A stretch of 64,000 nucleotides of DNA, taken from assembly GCA_036172245.1 (NCBI GenBank), contig JAYWIR010000009.1, positions 3,782,001 through 3,846,000 of the forward strand, written 5' to 3'. Source of the stretch: Raillietiella orientalis (lineage: Eukaryota). Positions 14,422-27,290 of the stretch are shown in pieces; position 1 is the first letter of the stretch, and the number at the start of each line of letters is the position of its first letter. Under the pieces are notes generated by a model. The model saw only the letters and a program-made list of their open reading frames with translations. It was not told where the DNA came from and did not search any database. A program made the translations under genes and the position numbers.

Positions 14422-17142
14422 GATGGCGAGCCACGTCGCCGTCGAGATGCCACTTTTAAAGGTAATTGGCCCACGCGAGGGCGTCTGTGCTGAAAGGGGG
14501 AGCACGCGCTGTGATCAAATACCTCAAGTGCAGGTTGCGGAACACGTGCTGCGGACATGGACCATCCAATCCTTTTTTTTTTTTACTACGGATTCATCAA
14601 GGCGAAAATCGCTCATCGCTGGTCGCCCGGAGGCAGGGCATGAGCAAATGTAGAAGAGAGATAAAAGAGGAGAAGAGGAAATAAAGAAAGAGCTGTGTCG
14701 GAACACCAGCTGCGGGGGCAGCGCAGTCGCCTGTGCAAAAGAAATAAGCAAGCGAGCCTAACTGGGAAAGCGTAAACACGGAGCTCAATTATCTGAACAA
14801 ACATTGGAGGTTCCCAAATAGCACTTTAAATGCCTGACGTACGGGGAACACGCAAAGGGTCGGCCCTCCTCGTCTTCTCCCGCCGCCGCAGTCGGGAGAC
14901 TGTCAACACGCGCGCGCACTCGCGATCGAATGCGCCGAGCGTTCGTCCGAAAACGCTCTCCTCGAAGGCACGAAGATGCCCCCCCCCCCCCCTTTCCACT
15001 GTATTTATCGTACTTATCGTACCGACGAGGAGAGAACCGCACGACTGCAGCTCACGAAGAGTAATCGCCCGAGTTAAATGAATGAGCTTCCTCGTGCCGA
15101 ATGTACCAATTTCGTTGGACTGCGGTTTCGCTCCGGTTCTTTGCTTTCCGAGAGCGCAGCTGCGGCGTGCACGATTTTTTTTTTTTTTTTTCTCCTTCTG
15201 GTTTTTTGTTTTTGCTTCACCTGGAAACGGATCCGCTGCTTTCCGGGAATCGTCGTGCCATTTTTCCAGTGAGAGATCGTTCCGTTCCCGATAGAGGTCA
15301 GCAGTCCACGGGAGGAATCCGTGGGCAAATGCTCACCTGCGACAAGGAAGCACCGTGTGCCCCCACCCCCTTCCCCCACCTCCCCTCGCTAAGTGTACTT
15401 TCCGCGACAGGAAAAGTCCTCGCAACTAAATGTTTTGCTTCCGCATCCGGTGGTGGTGGAGTCTTCCGCGAGTTTACGAGCGTTCGCGCCATTAAAAAAA
15501 AAAAAAAAAGGCAGCCGGGAAACTGCCGAAAGAAAGCCGCCGGGTTTTCCGGAAATGCGCCGCCTGGTAGAGATGGATCAGATTTCATGTCCTGGAAGAG
15601 TCTGTGCACCTGCTGTGTCCCGGAGTCGCCGTGTTCGCATGGCTCTGACCTCCTCTCTCTCTCTCTCTCCCCCCCCCCCCCCCCCATCCCCCCTTTCGTT
15701 TTGGAGTTCGCGGTTCAGCCCGGGGACAACCCCAGGAAGGAACGGACAGCGGGGTGGTGCGCGTCTCTCGGGCTGTGACCCTGACTCGTCTTTGGCTGTG
15801 ACCAGGTAGAGTTCACGCGGCGTGTTCAGCCGGGCGTCCGTTCCGTCGTTCCCTCCCGACGGCGTTCGTTCCGGGATGCTTGAAAGGGACGCGATGGTTC
15901 CCGAGGAACTCACGGTTTTTCGATAGCGATCGAGTGGGAAGGAATCTCTCGCGGCGAGGGCGCATCGGCGACCGGCGTTCCGGGAAAACTTTCACAATTT
16001 CCTCCGAGCCCTCCTTTTAACGGCGGAGGCGAAATCGTTGAGGCGGGCGGGCGAAGCCGAGAGACCAAACTTTTGCTTCCCCGGTTCGCCCGGTTCCCGG
16101 GTCTTCCCGGAGACGACGCGGCGGAGGACGGAGAGCACTCGGCGAACTGCGTGCCGAGCGGGAAGATGTCCTCCGCCTTGATCCGTATTCTTCCTGCCAC
16201 CGTGCCCAACTTTCCGCCGTTCCCCGTCCGAAAAGACGTGGAAGCATCTCCTCCCCCCGTTCCCGGTAATTTCCCCTCCTGGTGCCGGTGCAATTTCGCT
16301 CCGGCAGCCCTTTGCGCAGCAATTGATGGAGCAGGCACCGTCCAATTGCTGGCGCTCGTTATCACATGCAGTGGTGCCATACAATATCGGATGGATATCA
16401 CATAATATCTCCCGGATCATTTCTCAAGAACAATTACAACGTCAGACAGCCCGACGTCACTTCCACATAATTTCACAAATCCTACGTATTCATCAGCTTC
16501 AAGGGATTTCCAGAAGCTGACAATACGAGTAATATTGCGGAAATTCTTCATGGGTAACTAACGATGCAATCAGTTCCATATTCCGGAACCTCGAATGCAA
16601 ACGAAACGCGCTTTAATGACACGCAGAATTAAGAATGCGAAGAGTTGCCGTTAACAGTCGAAGAGTTATCGATGCATCGCTTGTGCTTAGCATTCAGTTG
16701 TCTGTTCCCTCGCGCAGTTGCCATTTACCCGGATGAAATAAGGGGTGTACAGCTGCTCACAGATTGAAGTGCCTTACGTTCGGGAGACAAGCACATAATT
16801 TCACATCCCGAGCTGGATTACGGGAGACGACCTGGAGCTCGTGGATGGAGTACATCGCCGCTTCTCCTCAGCCGATGCTACTTCCGGGCGCCGTGGATGG
16901 CGAGCGAGAAGCACGGGCGAGCAGATAGGGGAAGAGGGGGACCATGGCCCCGGAGAGCTCTTTCGCGAGGTGGTCGCAGTGCCGCTCTTGAAAAGGTGGG
17001 TTTTTGTGAGTTGCTGCCGATTTCTTCCACGCCTCGACACTCTTCGAAAAACGCAAACTGTGCATCCGATCTGTCGAGTTCTTTCTCTTTTTTTTTTTTT
17101 TTTTTTTTCCGTTTTCATTCTCTCACTCTTAGGTGTCTCATG

Positions 17143-17145
<3 letters not shown>

Positions 17146-17212
<67 letters not shown>

Positions 17213-17294
17213 CAGGAAATTCTCAGGACACACACACACACACACAAAAGGGCATTCGCGCTGCAACGGCAAATCATCATCTCGGGTGAGATTT

Positions 17295-17321
<27 letters not shown>
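17146..17321. repeat. Compound microsatellite: (GA)n 17146-17210, (CA)n about 17228-17246, (CT)n 17295-17321
   Basis: Directly visible; the GA and CT tracts are mutually complementary. Confidence 0.95.
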
Positions 17322-17325
<4 letters not shown>

Positions 17326-18399
17326 GTTTGATACACCCCAATCTAATTACGGGATTCTCCAGGTTGCAATCAAATAGCCGCATCAAGGATGCGGTCCGCT
17401 TTAGCGGTGATGGGCGCTTGCGACCGGCGGATGGGAAAGAACCAACCTGGACTGCGCCCCGACTCCACGGATTGGAGGAGGGCACTTCAGGGAAAGCCTT
17501 CCCGTGCCTGCAGGAGTACGCCATGGCAACGCAGGAGGGGGATGGACACGGCGCGGAGGAGAGGGACGCTTGCAGCCGAGCAGCGCTCCCGGTTGATGAG
17601 AAAGCCTGGGCGAGAGAAGTGCTGCTGCTGGCCGAACCGAGACCCTCAGAGAACTCGGGAGGTGACCACCAACAAAGGCATGCCGTGCCCCCCCCCCCCA
17701 CCCACCCCCACCCACCCACCCACCGGTTTCAGCACGCAAACCCACTGCAGCGGTCCTTCTCCCCCCTCTTCCTCCCCTGCATCCCAAGACGTCACGACAA
17801 TCGCGAGAGCCCGACTCAAAAAACGAGAACACGTGATTGGGGAGGAGAGGGGCACACGATCGTTTACCGGGTATTTTGACCTTTTTTTTTTTCTTCTTCT
17901 TCTTCTTTGATTTGGTCTCGGAAGCAGCTCCCCCTCCCTCTGCCTGGGAACTTCGGGAGCTAATGGCCAGCAGGCATGCCAGCTGATGTGTGTGCTCTCA
18001 TTCCGACGGAAGGCGAAATCGATGGCTGCTGATTCCCTCGAAGAGAAGCTTTTGTGCACACGGGCTTTTCTTTCCCGCCACCTCTCCCCACGCCGCCACG
18101 GCGAGGCGGCGGCGGCGGCAGCAGCAGCAGTGCCATCTGACGACGGGTCGGGAGAGCTCTGAAGCTTCGTCGCCGAGTTCCCCATCCTTCCGTCGCACGA
18201 GCTCGAACGCAGATAAAAAGAAAAACCTCCCTCCCCGTCGCCCGCTCCGTTCCCCGTCTTTCGCGAAAGAGAAATCTGAAATTGATCGCTGGTCTTGGCT
18301 TCGAGAGGGGTCAAGCCGAAATTCTTTCAGCTGCAGCTTCCTTGCAAGATCCGAACTGGCCAATCGGAGCAGAGCTGGTATCCTAAACAAGGCCGGATG

Positions 18400-19865
18400 A
18401 ATAATAAATGAACGGATCGTGTGGGCACGCAGAACGGCAGCTCGGGGACACGAATCTCGAGTGTTCGGCGATTGAGCCAGGTACTCCCCGACCTTACAGC
18501 TTCAGGTGTGCCTCGGTTCCTCGATGGCCAACGCCTCGAAGGGCCATCTGCGTCCCCAGTAACCAAGATTACTTCCGGATGATCGGGAATCCGCGCTTAA
18601 TCCCAGCCGTTCGGGCAAAGCCGAGCGCAAACAACAAAAAGTGCACTGGCGGGAGGAAAGCAGCAGAAACAACAGGCACTCGACAGAGACACCAGTGCCA
18701 CTATGGGGGGTGAGGGTCGGGGTGCCAAGCGCAGCAGCGCGGCGCGGCTTTCCGTTCGCCCGCGTCGGAGGCCGCGTAGCACCACCATGCGTCGCGGGCC
18801 AGGAAGAACACCTGGATCATCCCTCGATCCGCGAACGGTCCTGCCTGGTTGCAGGAAACCGTTCCCACGTGGGCCCAGTACATGGGAGCGAGCCCGGAGT
18901 TGCGGCAGCGACTGCTGTTCTCCTTTTGCAACAACCGCTCGCTGCAGGACGTCATCGTGCATCCCACCACGCGTGCGTGGGCTGAAAGAACCTCCATAAC
19001 CGCGGCACTGCCCTCCCTCAGGGAGCACCTGGGCAGCAGCCAGCCGGCCAAATGGCGGGTCCGATGTGAGATCGGAGAAAGAGAGAAGGAATTAGGTGAT
19101 TGGACCACGGGCGAGCTCCCGGGGGCTGCGACCCCAAGTGCCCCACCGAAAGGATGCTCTGGGGATCCCACAGGAAGACCTCGAGTGTTCCCCAGTGCTG
19201 AAGAACAATTGGACCCTCCCCCTGAAGTGGCAAGAGTCGGCACTTCTGCTGTTGCACTGAGGACTCCCGTGCAACGCCCGCCGGTCCCACTGGACCCGGG
19301 GGATTGTAGACCCAAACTGCTGCAGGTGGGAATCCCAGCTCCCGCACCTGCTCGTAGACTGAGTTGCCCTCCAACCCTGCGGTTGCATTACGCAAGGGTC
19401 CTTGGTGCACCGACGGACGATCCCAGGGATGTGACGAAGCTCTTCTCCGTGCGCGATGCCCTTTCGCCCGGCGCATCCCCAGAAGCTCTTTGCTGCCTAC
19501 GTGGGGGGATTGTGGCGGCCTGGAGCTACGCGAGAGGAGGACGGGGCCACCTGCTTCACCTCGCGCTTCCTGCGGACGGCAGCTAGATGGCCCCACAATA
19601 GGGGCATACGCAGATGGAACTTGCCGGCATCCTGGAAAGGATGTGGAGGACGACCCCAGCGGAACGTGATCTCTTCCCTTACACTCCCTTTTTTTTTGAA
19701 AATAGGGTTTAATTTTATTTTTATTTTTGTTTGCTGCCGTGTCGAAACTCGCCGGCCTGCGTGCCGGTTACTCGGCAGGGTCGAACTCTTTCGGACGTTG
19801 TAGGGCCGATGGCCCTACAGGTTTGTTTATTTTTGCAATGAATGCTCCGGCGCACCCGGGTGTTG
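18400..19865 (+). mobile_element. Decayed L1/Tx1-type LINE 3' half with C-terminal zinc finger and 3' UTR
   Basis: The frame from 19201 gives KNNWTLPLKWQESALLLLH*GLPCNARRSHWTRGIVDPNCCRWESQLPHLLVD*VAL (zf-RVT-like). It is homologous to the 59.6-59.8 kb copy. A pyrimidine-rich tail and terminal hairpins lie at 19799-19860. Confidence 0.75.
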
Positions 19866-20170
19866 AATCATGCGTCGCGGGGGTTCGAATACTTCGAAAA
19901 AAAATCGACGCACTGCGTCGTGGGTTAGAGTTCTTCCTGAAAGATGACGCTGGTTGACCTACAAACATTCGGATGCGACACCGGTAGCGGTTAAAACCGG
20001 ATGCCCCCGATGGAGGCCGGGACAATGGGAGTCGACCTTCGGGTTCATCCAGGAATCAGGGAGTGAGGAGTCCTTCCTCCGGTTGTGCAAAAGAGAGCGG
20101 AGCCCCCATTGCGGGGGACTCCTACGGTTCGTGCAGATGGAGTAGGTGTGTAGCCACCTCTCCAGATGCC
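19866..20170 (+). mobile_element. 5'-truncated copy of the tRNA-headed repeat (B-box plus body)
   Basis: GCGTCGCGGGGGTTCGAAT, then colinear blocks shared with 50425-50725: ATCGACGC, GATGACGCTGGTTGACCTA vs GATGATGCTGGTTGGCCTA, CCAGGAATCAGGGAGT, CTCTCCAGA. Confidence 0.7.
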
Positions 20171-20212
20171 GAAGGAGCGGACCCTCCAAGTCGTACTGAC
20201 CCTACAAGTCGT

Positions 20213-20242
20213 ACGGCTTTCCCTTCGCGAAGGGAAAGCCGT
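20213..20242. other. Perfect 30-bp palindrome ACGGCTTTCCCTTCGCGAAGGGAAAGCCGT
   Basis: Directly visible; preceded by a short tandem duplication ACCCT[C/A]CAAGTCGTAC x2. Confidence 0.9.
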
Positions 20243-20299
20243 GCCGTACTGCACGCAACGCGCACAAGACTCGCGCAGCATGCAAGCTGGGCGCCTCGG

Positions 20300-21500
20300 G
20301 AACACCGACGACGAACCAACTGCGAAACGGGTCGGGAACCGCCGGGACGTAAGAACTCCCCCCGCTCTTTCCCGAAACCGCCCAGCCCCACTCTCTGTGG
20401 ACCTTGCAGCCGCAGCTCTTACTTATCCCAGGATCGCGGTTTGCTCCCTTTGGCGGCTTTGCGGATGTTTCCTGCGAGAGCTCCACCACAGCTCTGCACG
20501 AGGGGCGGCTGCTGCCGCGTGGGAGGGACGCCGCGGACAGTCCCGCTGCTGCAGCAGTGGCGGTCGGCAGCCGCCAGGGCGAGTTCCTCCCCACCTAGCT
20601 CTCCCCCACGATGCTCACGAGGGCCGACGTCAAGGACGACGGGGCGACGGGCGCGGGAGCCAGAGCTGCGAAGCGGTGACCAGGAGGAAAGAAACCGGCG
20701 GACCCGGAGGTCAAGAACCGTCGCATCCGCTCCGCTCTGGAGCATTCGTGCCGTCGCAAACATCGACGGGTTGTCGTCCGAGGCACAGACGATTCGGTCT
20801 CGGCTGACCCTCTGACCCGACTGCGATCGCCACTGGCCATTTGTCGACTTGAGATGCGTTTACGGTGCATCCAGCTCGCGCATGCGCGAAAAGTCGCTTT
20901 GCAAGGACGCGAGACCCACCTGGTCAAGGGCGGCTACGCGCGGGATGCTGGAAGGGCATCCTGAGCGGACGTCGTAAAAGAGTGAGTGGGAGAGGGCGGA
21001 GCTGCTGCAGGGAGCAGAGAACTTCCAAGTGCGTTTCCGGGGTTCCGGGAAAAGGGCCTGCGGTTCCCTGAAAAGAAGAGCGCATTTTTTCAGGGTGGAC
21101 GAGGAATCGACAACGGGAAGAAGGAGGGGCAAAAATTCGAATTTTCCGGGAGGAGGTCTGAAGTGGCTCGCTTTGCAAAGGGACCGGGAGAAGGAGATTC
21201 AGGAAAGCAGCCAGACTGCCTCATCCCGGCAAACCTCGAAGGCCGAGAGGAGAAACCGCGGAAGGCGTTTCGGGATTCCATCCAGGGAATCCCGCAAGCT
21301 GCCGACTACTGTCCTTGCAACACGTACTGGGAGCGTCGCGACGAGACGGCACGCGGAGAAAGCCAGCATGATCCAAAGGGTTCGAAATGAGTGCCCACGC
21401 GGCACCACTGGGATTTCCTGGATGCCGGCAGCGCTCCAAGGCGAGGAGAACCAAGATTCCCGTAGAAAAGATGCGGGACGGATGCTTCCCATCGCTTAGG
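20300..21500 (+). mobile_element. Decayed Tx1-type ORF1 (zinc knuckles) and start of ORF2
   Basis: Knuckle remnants (CDR../ATGHLST*, ETHLVKG), a S*ADVVK motif (resembling SYADVV) near 20960, and GISWMPAALQG near 21410 (resembling the APE start ISWNV.GL). Heavily degenerate. Confidence 0.45.
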
Positions 21501-23414
21501 GTGTGTGTGTGTGGGGAGGGAAGGGGGGGGGGGAATTCGACCGCGAGGCAACCATCGCGCCAGGAGCATCATCGACCAAGGTCCCCCGAAGAGAGGGCGG
21601 GATTGAAGGAGGGCCCCTCCTGTCCGCAGGATAGCCCTCCTGTGGGGGCGCGAGAAAAATTGCAGGATTCGGAACCAGCTCCTCCCTTCAGGTCGTACCC
21701 GACGCGGTCCGCGAAGGAAATCCTCCCGAGCGTCCAACCCAAAGGGGGAGAGGAGGAAGGCTGAGGGGCGAAAGATTGCCATCCTTCACTCTCTCGGCAG
21801 GCGCAGGAACACCAAGCGTTCTCGGGAAAGAAACGTTGCCCCTTCCGCGCGCACCCCTTCAGGAGCAGTAGGGCCACTTCCGCTTCCCCTCCGTCCCTGC
21901 TTCCAGGAGCGGAGGCGGAAGAGAGTTCCAGTACGCGTGGTGATCTTTCCGACTTTCCGTCGATGGCGAGGGTCGCGCTCAACCTGGTCTGCCCCGGCTG
22001 CGTGAGCCGCCCCTCCGCCCGCATCGTATGGGCAGGGAGGGCAATCCACCTGACACACGCCACTTTCGCGGCGCCACTTCCTCCGCTGCTCGCCCCTCGG
22101 AGAGTTCGCCGAAGGTTTCGCCGCCAAGGCCAACCACCCGCGTGGAGCCCTCGCGCCCTCCTCACCGCGTGCCACGCGATCGCAGCTCGTAAACTCCTTG
22201 GCCTCCTCGTCTACTCATTCACTCGAAAAATCAATGTGGCAGACGAGCAGAATGCATGCGGGTCCCAACTGCGTTACGCTCACAGTTTGCGGGATGCACT
22301 TACGCTCCCGGAGATCCAGCACCGTAAATCTTGATTTAATACACGAAAACGGATGACGTCACGCTACGTTCACGCACATCGTATCGAACACATTTCGCCA
22401 TCGACCTCCGAGACCTATCGTTCACTCTGTTCGGGTTATGCATTTCATATCACTCAACTCCTATTGATTACCGCACGACAGCGACGACCCACAGCTCGTC
22501 ACCCACTTCTCTTCGCGGTGCGCTTGCAGTTCAAAGTCACTGTGCTTTCGTTGACCGCAAAAAGTCCTTCTAGAACACACACACACACGGAGAAGATTGA
22601 CCAATTGGTCTAAGGTTAGCGTGCGAGGGAAACGCCACTTCAGTGGGGCTTTTGTCATTTTGGCGCAGCCGGAAGATGAGAAATGCTGGGATCGCGAGGA
22701 CCGCACGAACGTCTTCATGCTTTTTTACAGGGACTTCTGGAGCTCAGCATGGATTGCCTGTCTTCCCCGTCACTGCCTTGCGACGGTGAATAACCGGAAA
22801 ATTTCGAAATGAAACACGTTGGTAAGTCATCGGGAGAGAGTTTGACGCCGACATTCTGTCTGTTCCGTGTCGAGCGTCCTGAGATCCTTCTCTGCTCGTG
22901 TCGACACGCTTTCGATCCTTGGAACGTGCACTTCTTGTCACACGCATTCCCGTTTCCCCCTTGTCGACTTTGCCTTCGCAGCACGGACCAGCAACCAGCT
23001 GGAGAGAACAACGTGGCGCGAGATGAGACCGCCGTTTCCTAGCAGCAAAGCAGATTTATTTGCGCTGGCTTTCGTTTCGCCCTGCCACGCCGCCCGGCGC
23101 GTTGCTGCGGTGTGCACACGCCAACCATGCGAAATGATGCGATTTTACCGGCGATACCATCCACGTCAGCTCCCTCCCAACGAGCCGCTTCCGAGACACG
23201 TAAAGCGGTAAGCGGATGTTTCCAAGATCTCCGATGGGTCCACTGAGACATTCGGTTCGTGGCAAACGGCACTTGGCATTTGGTCCCGTCTGGAAGGCCT
23301 GCGCTTCGGAAAAACACCCGTGGGGCAGAGGCGAAAGGCCACAGAAGCTCCAGGATTCCCACCAGAAACGCTCGGAACGTCCGTCCATCGGTACCGACCG
23401 CAGGACGAACGGCG

Positions 23415-23417
<3 letters not shown>

Positions 23418-23445
<28 letters not shown>
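23418..23445. repeat. (GA)n microsatellite
   Basis: Directly visible. Confidence 0.95.
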
Positions 23446-23448
<3 letters not shown>

Positions 23449-23989
23449 GGCATTTCGAAAGCTGATGGCGGCGCTCTCGCGCTCCTTCCGTTTGGAGACG
23501 CACCCGAGCCTTACAAGACGAACGACGAAGCAACGAACGAGTCATCTCCCGCATCCCTGGTGATCACACGACCGCCGACCTCAAGACGACATCGGCAAAA
23601 TCGAGAGCCACATGAGGGGAGATGGTCGACAGATGTAACGAATAGGAAGCTCGTGATCGGGTCGACGCACACGCGGCAGCATCCCTGCCCGTGGACTGTG
23701 GAAATTGACCCCGCTCAAATTGATGGCGAGGAGGAACGAGAATGAAGTGAAATACGGAACTCGTCGAGGAGCTCAATAAAAACGGCGTAAATAAAATTTC
23801 ATCAAATTGAGTGTTTGTATTATTTATAAGCCATCGGCCAAACGCACTACTCGTGAGTACATTTTGAGGAGTACCAAATGTCTCTCGCAAGGAGTAAAGA
23901 ACGTTTCAGACTCCTCGTTTCGCGCACGCCATTCGAACACCTCACGCACTTTAGATTTATTCGTACAGCACACATGTACAGCCGTACAT

Positions 23990-25670
23990 GCGGCTAGGTA
24001 GAGATGAATGCAAGCATTTCTCTCCACCTGAGAAGCCTGGGATGGAATGTCCCTTTATCGTGGGGATCCTCCCGTGACGGCGAGTGTTCGCAGATCTCCC
24101 GCGCATGGCGCGAGGCCGGGATGACGGGCTGCGCAAGAAACCAAAGACAAATCGTCTGGATCGCGGCCGGATGGGGGATCCTATCCGCGCGCAATCCCCA
24201 CGAGAACCTGACCACATGCCTCACCACTAGGAGTTGGGCGATCGCGTCTCAGCAGCGAGCTGCTGCGGGCAGGCCCCCGGGGTAGCTTTTCGCAAAGACT
24301 TTCGGGACCATCGGCGCGGGGATGCTTCCGAGGCAACGGGGTTCGAGCGAGCCGCTGAATGCTTCGGCGTTTCCTCTTGCATCTGGTGGGCCGAGGGAAG
24401 CGTCCATGCACCGCCGCGAGCGATCCCAGCGGAGGAAAGAAGGACTGCAAGCTTCCTGCTCCAGGAAACCACCGCCGTCTCGACCGGCGAGGGAGCGCGC
24501 CAAGTCAACCTCCAAGGGCGGAAGCTCGAGCGCTCGTTAGTCCAAGGGACCGCTCCAAAATGACATCCTGCTCGCCCCGTGCTGCCCGTGTCGTGGCTGA
24601 GCCCCCTGTTTTGGGGGCCGCCTATGTGAGGCGTCCCGAAGCTGCCCTCGTCGAGAGACGGTGATGAACAAGCAAAAAGCCAGATGGGTTCCAGGAGGTT
24701 GGGGGGAAAGGTACCGCGATGACATCCCTACGGAACCTGCCGAGACCCACACTGGAAGGATCGGCGTTTTCCATTGGAATGAAGGGCAGAGCTCTCTTCC
24801 CGCGGATTCCAGATGCTCCTGTACCGGTCCAGCAGCCACCTCCGTTGCCTCCCAAGGAACGACCGCAGAGTTTTCCAGGATGGCTCCTAGCCATGCCTCC
24901 GAAAGACAACTGGAGCGCAGCTTCAGGGTATTTCTTCCCATTCCCGCCACTTCTGGAACCATCCTGAACTCTTCCGGAGTGTTCTCAAATGCACAGCAAA
25001 CACCCGAACGAAGGCCCGATCCTCCTTCGTGGTGGTCCGAGGGTTGCGCTCGCAGCGGCAACTTTGGGATCGCTTGATTTTGAGCGGTTCCTTTCCCTTC
25101 CTCCCCGCCCCAACGCGGCGTCGTCGGAGAAGACGGAGGGATGGGAAGGAGGGGGAAGGAGGAGGGGGTAAGACGCCGATTTCCTTATCCCTCTTTCAGT
25201 AAATCCGCCACGCCTCGTAGCGATGAGCACGAGAGAGGGAAGGGGAAAGGGGGGAGGTTGCCACGGAAACGCGCGCGTAGATTGCTGGCGCGCTACCGAG
25301 AGCCGTGGTGTTGCTTCGCCGTTCCCCTTCAGAGTACCGGCGTAGGCAGGGCAACGGAGAGTAGGAAGCGCTCTCTTCTAAGCAGACCTAACGGGACTGT
25401 CAAGAGCTCCGGGACAAGCAGGAAAATCATCAGAAGGGAGGGAGGCGCTCGACGTGTGCAGGGCCGGGTACTGTCGGGAAAGGTCACAAAAAAGAAATCC
25501 TTTGCACTTCGAAGCAGAGGTCGCTTTTTTACTTCTGTCGCTCCGGCCTATCCCTGGCCTAAGGAGCAGCGGAGTCCTCCACCGCAAGGAGATCTCAACT
25601 ACACTACGGCAGGAAGAAAAAAAGGAAAAAAAGGTCAAACAGTGGGTGAGTCGGGCATGGGGCTTTTCAT
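23990..25670 (+). mobile_element. Decayed LINE RT/thumb relic
   Basis: Weak colinear RT motif remnants (AFRKDF, MNKQKARWVPGGW, RIGVFHW). 25452-25665 is a diverged direct homolog of 26948-27110. Confidence 0.45.
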
Positions 25671-25899
25671 AAAAGCGCACCTCCACTTTCCGGACGCCGA
25701 GATCACCCATGAGAGGAAGAAGGAACGGAGTGGTTCACGTGAAAGTCTGCAGGGTTGCCGATCGCGTCGTAACCTGCCGACTCCGAAACACAGGAGAGCG
25801 ACGTCTATGTCAGTTGGGTAGCGTTGCCTAGCCACACTAGGGGGAGCTCTCACGCCATGGCAAAAAGTTAGGCGTTTAATTAAGGCACTTTGCAAGTTA

Positions 25900-27290
25900 T
25901 TGCCTGCTCATCAAAGGGGGAACGGGGGAGGGCATGGCACGCCTGAGAAATGGCTCAGAACGATATCAAATAAAGCGATTGGCTCCGGAGTGCATCGTCC
26001 TCTCTCTTCGCGGAGGCGTTCGCAGCGCCACCTCCCTCTTTGGCGGGCAACAGACTCACCGAGAGACAAGTATCTTCCTGGTTCTCTTTCCTCTTCCTCG
26101 GAAGGAAAGGGATGTCGGAGGACTCGCGGCAAGCGATGCGTCGCCGCGAAAGCGCACGAAGATTCGCAGGGAATACTCGGAGGGAACCTTAGAAGGCCGC
26201 CTGCCGCAGGGCTCCCCTGAGGCCGCGCCGGCTGCGGGAACTCCGCGAGGAGGCAGAGGTGCCTCCCATCCCATGGCAAAACGTGGTGCACCGCGACCAC
26301 ATCGACTCTGCTCGGATAGAGGACACGTGCGCGCCCGTGGTCGATTCCGTCAAGCGAGGACGGATCGGCGAAGCGCGCGCGCTTACGCCAACGCACGTGC
26401 ACGGACGCTGCGCGTTCGGCGGTAGCGACCCGTGCTGTCATGAATGAAACGGGAGTTGGCAATCGTGTGGCCGCTCTGCGGATCGGGCGTGCGGAGACGT
26501 GGAACCTGGGCGGACCACGCCTGCACCAGGCACGTGACTGGGAGCACTGCAGCCCGAGCGCCGAGACGCACCGCTTCCTGTCTGTACTTCTCCCTTCCCC
26601 CTTCTTGCGCAGCCCCCAGCTAGATGTGGTGGGTGCACGTGAGGAGCGCAGGACGGAAGCAACGTGTCCTCCCTTGTGCACATCATCTGGCAAAAGAGCT
26701 CCGCCTCCCCTCTCCGAGAGGACGCGGGACCAGGAAAAGCACCGTTTCTCCTAGCCACGGGAAGGGAGTTCCCCGTGCAGGGATCAGCAGAAGTGCTCGG
26801 TGGATCAACGACGCCATCCCCGGTCGCGGCGCTGCCAGCGCGCACCTTGCAGGCCTGCAGGACCTCCTTCGAAAGGAGCTGGTGGCCTCCCCCGTGCGCG
26901 TGGACTGCTTCGTGCTTCCTCGCCGCACGCAACACACGACGGAGCACGACGTGTGCACGGCCGGGAAAGGTCACGAAGGAGTCTTTCGCTTTTTACTTCT
27001 GTCGCGAGAGGAACGGCGGAGTCCTCCACTGCAACGAGATGGCGATTACATGATGGGGGCGGTGGGAGAGGGAGGAAACAAACGCCCAGTGCGTGAGTCA
27101 GACTGGGAACGCGTGGCAGGATTTTCCCCGACCACGTGGATGAGGTCTCTGAAGAATTCGTGCTCCGTTTCTTCGCCTGAACGTGGACTTCTTCCGGGCT
27201 CTGAAGCAGGTGCCGTCTTGGGCTGCTTCCGCGGCATCCAGACAAATCGCCTTGGGGCAAAAAACTATGGCAGTGGCACGGGGCACCGAG
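25900..27290 (+). mobile_element. Decayed LINE RT/thumb relic
   Basis: AEVLGG...PGKVTKESFAFYF...NGGVL resembles the post-RT region of L1-type ORF2. It shares GACGTGTGCA.GGCCGGG...GGAAAGGTCAC...TTTTACTTCTGTCGC...GGAGTCCTCCAC with 25452-25600. Confidence 0.45.
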
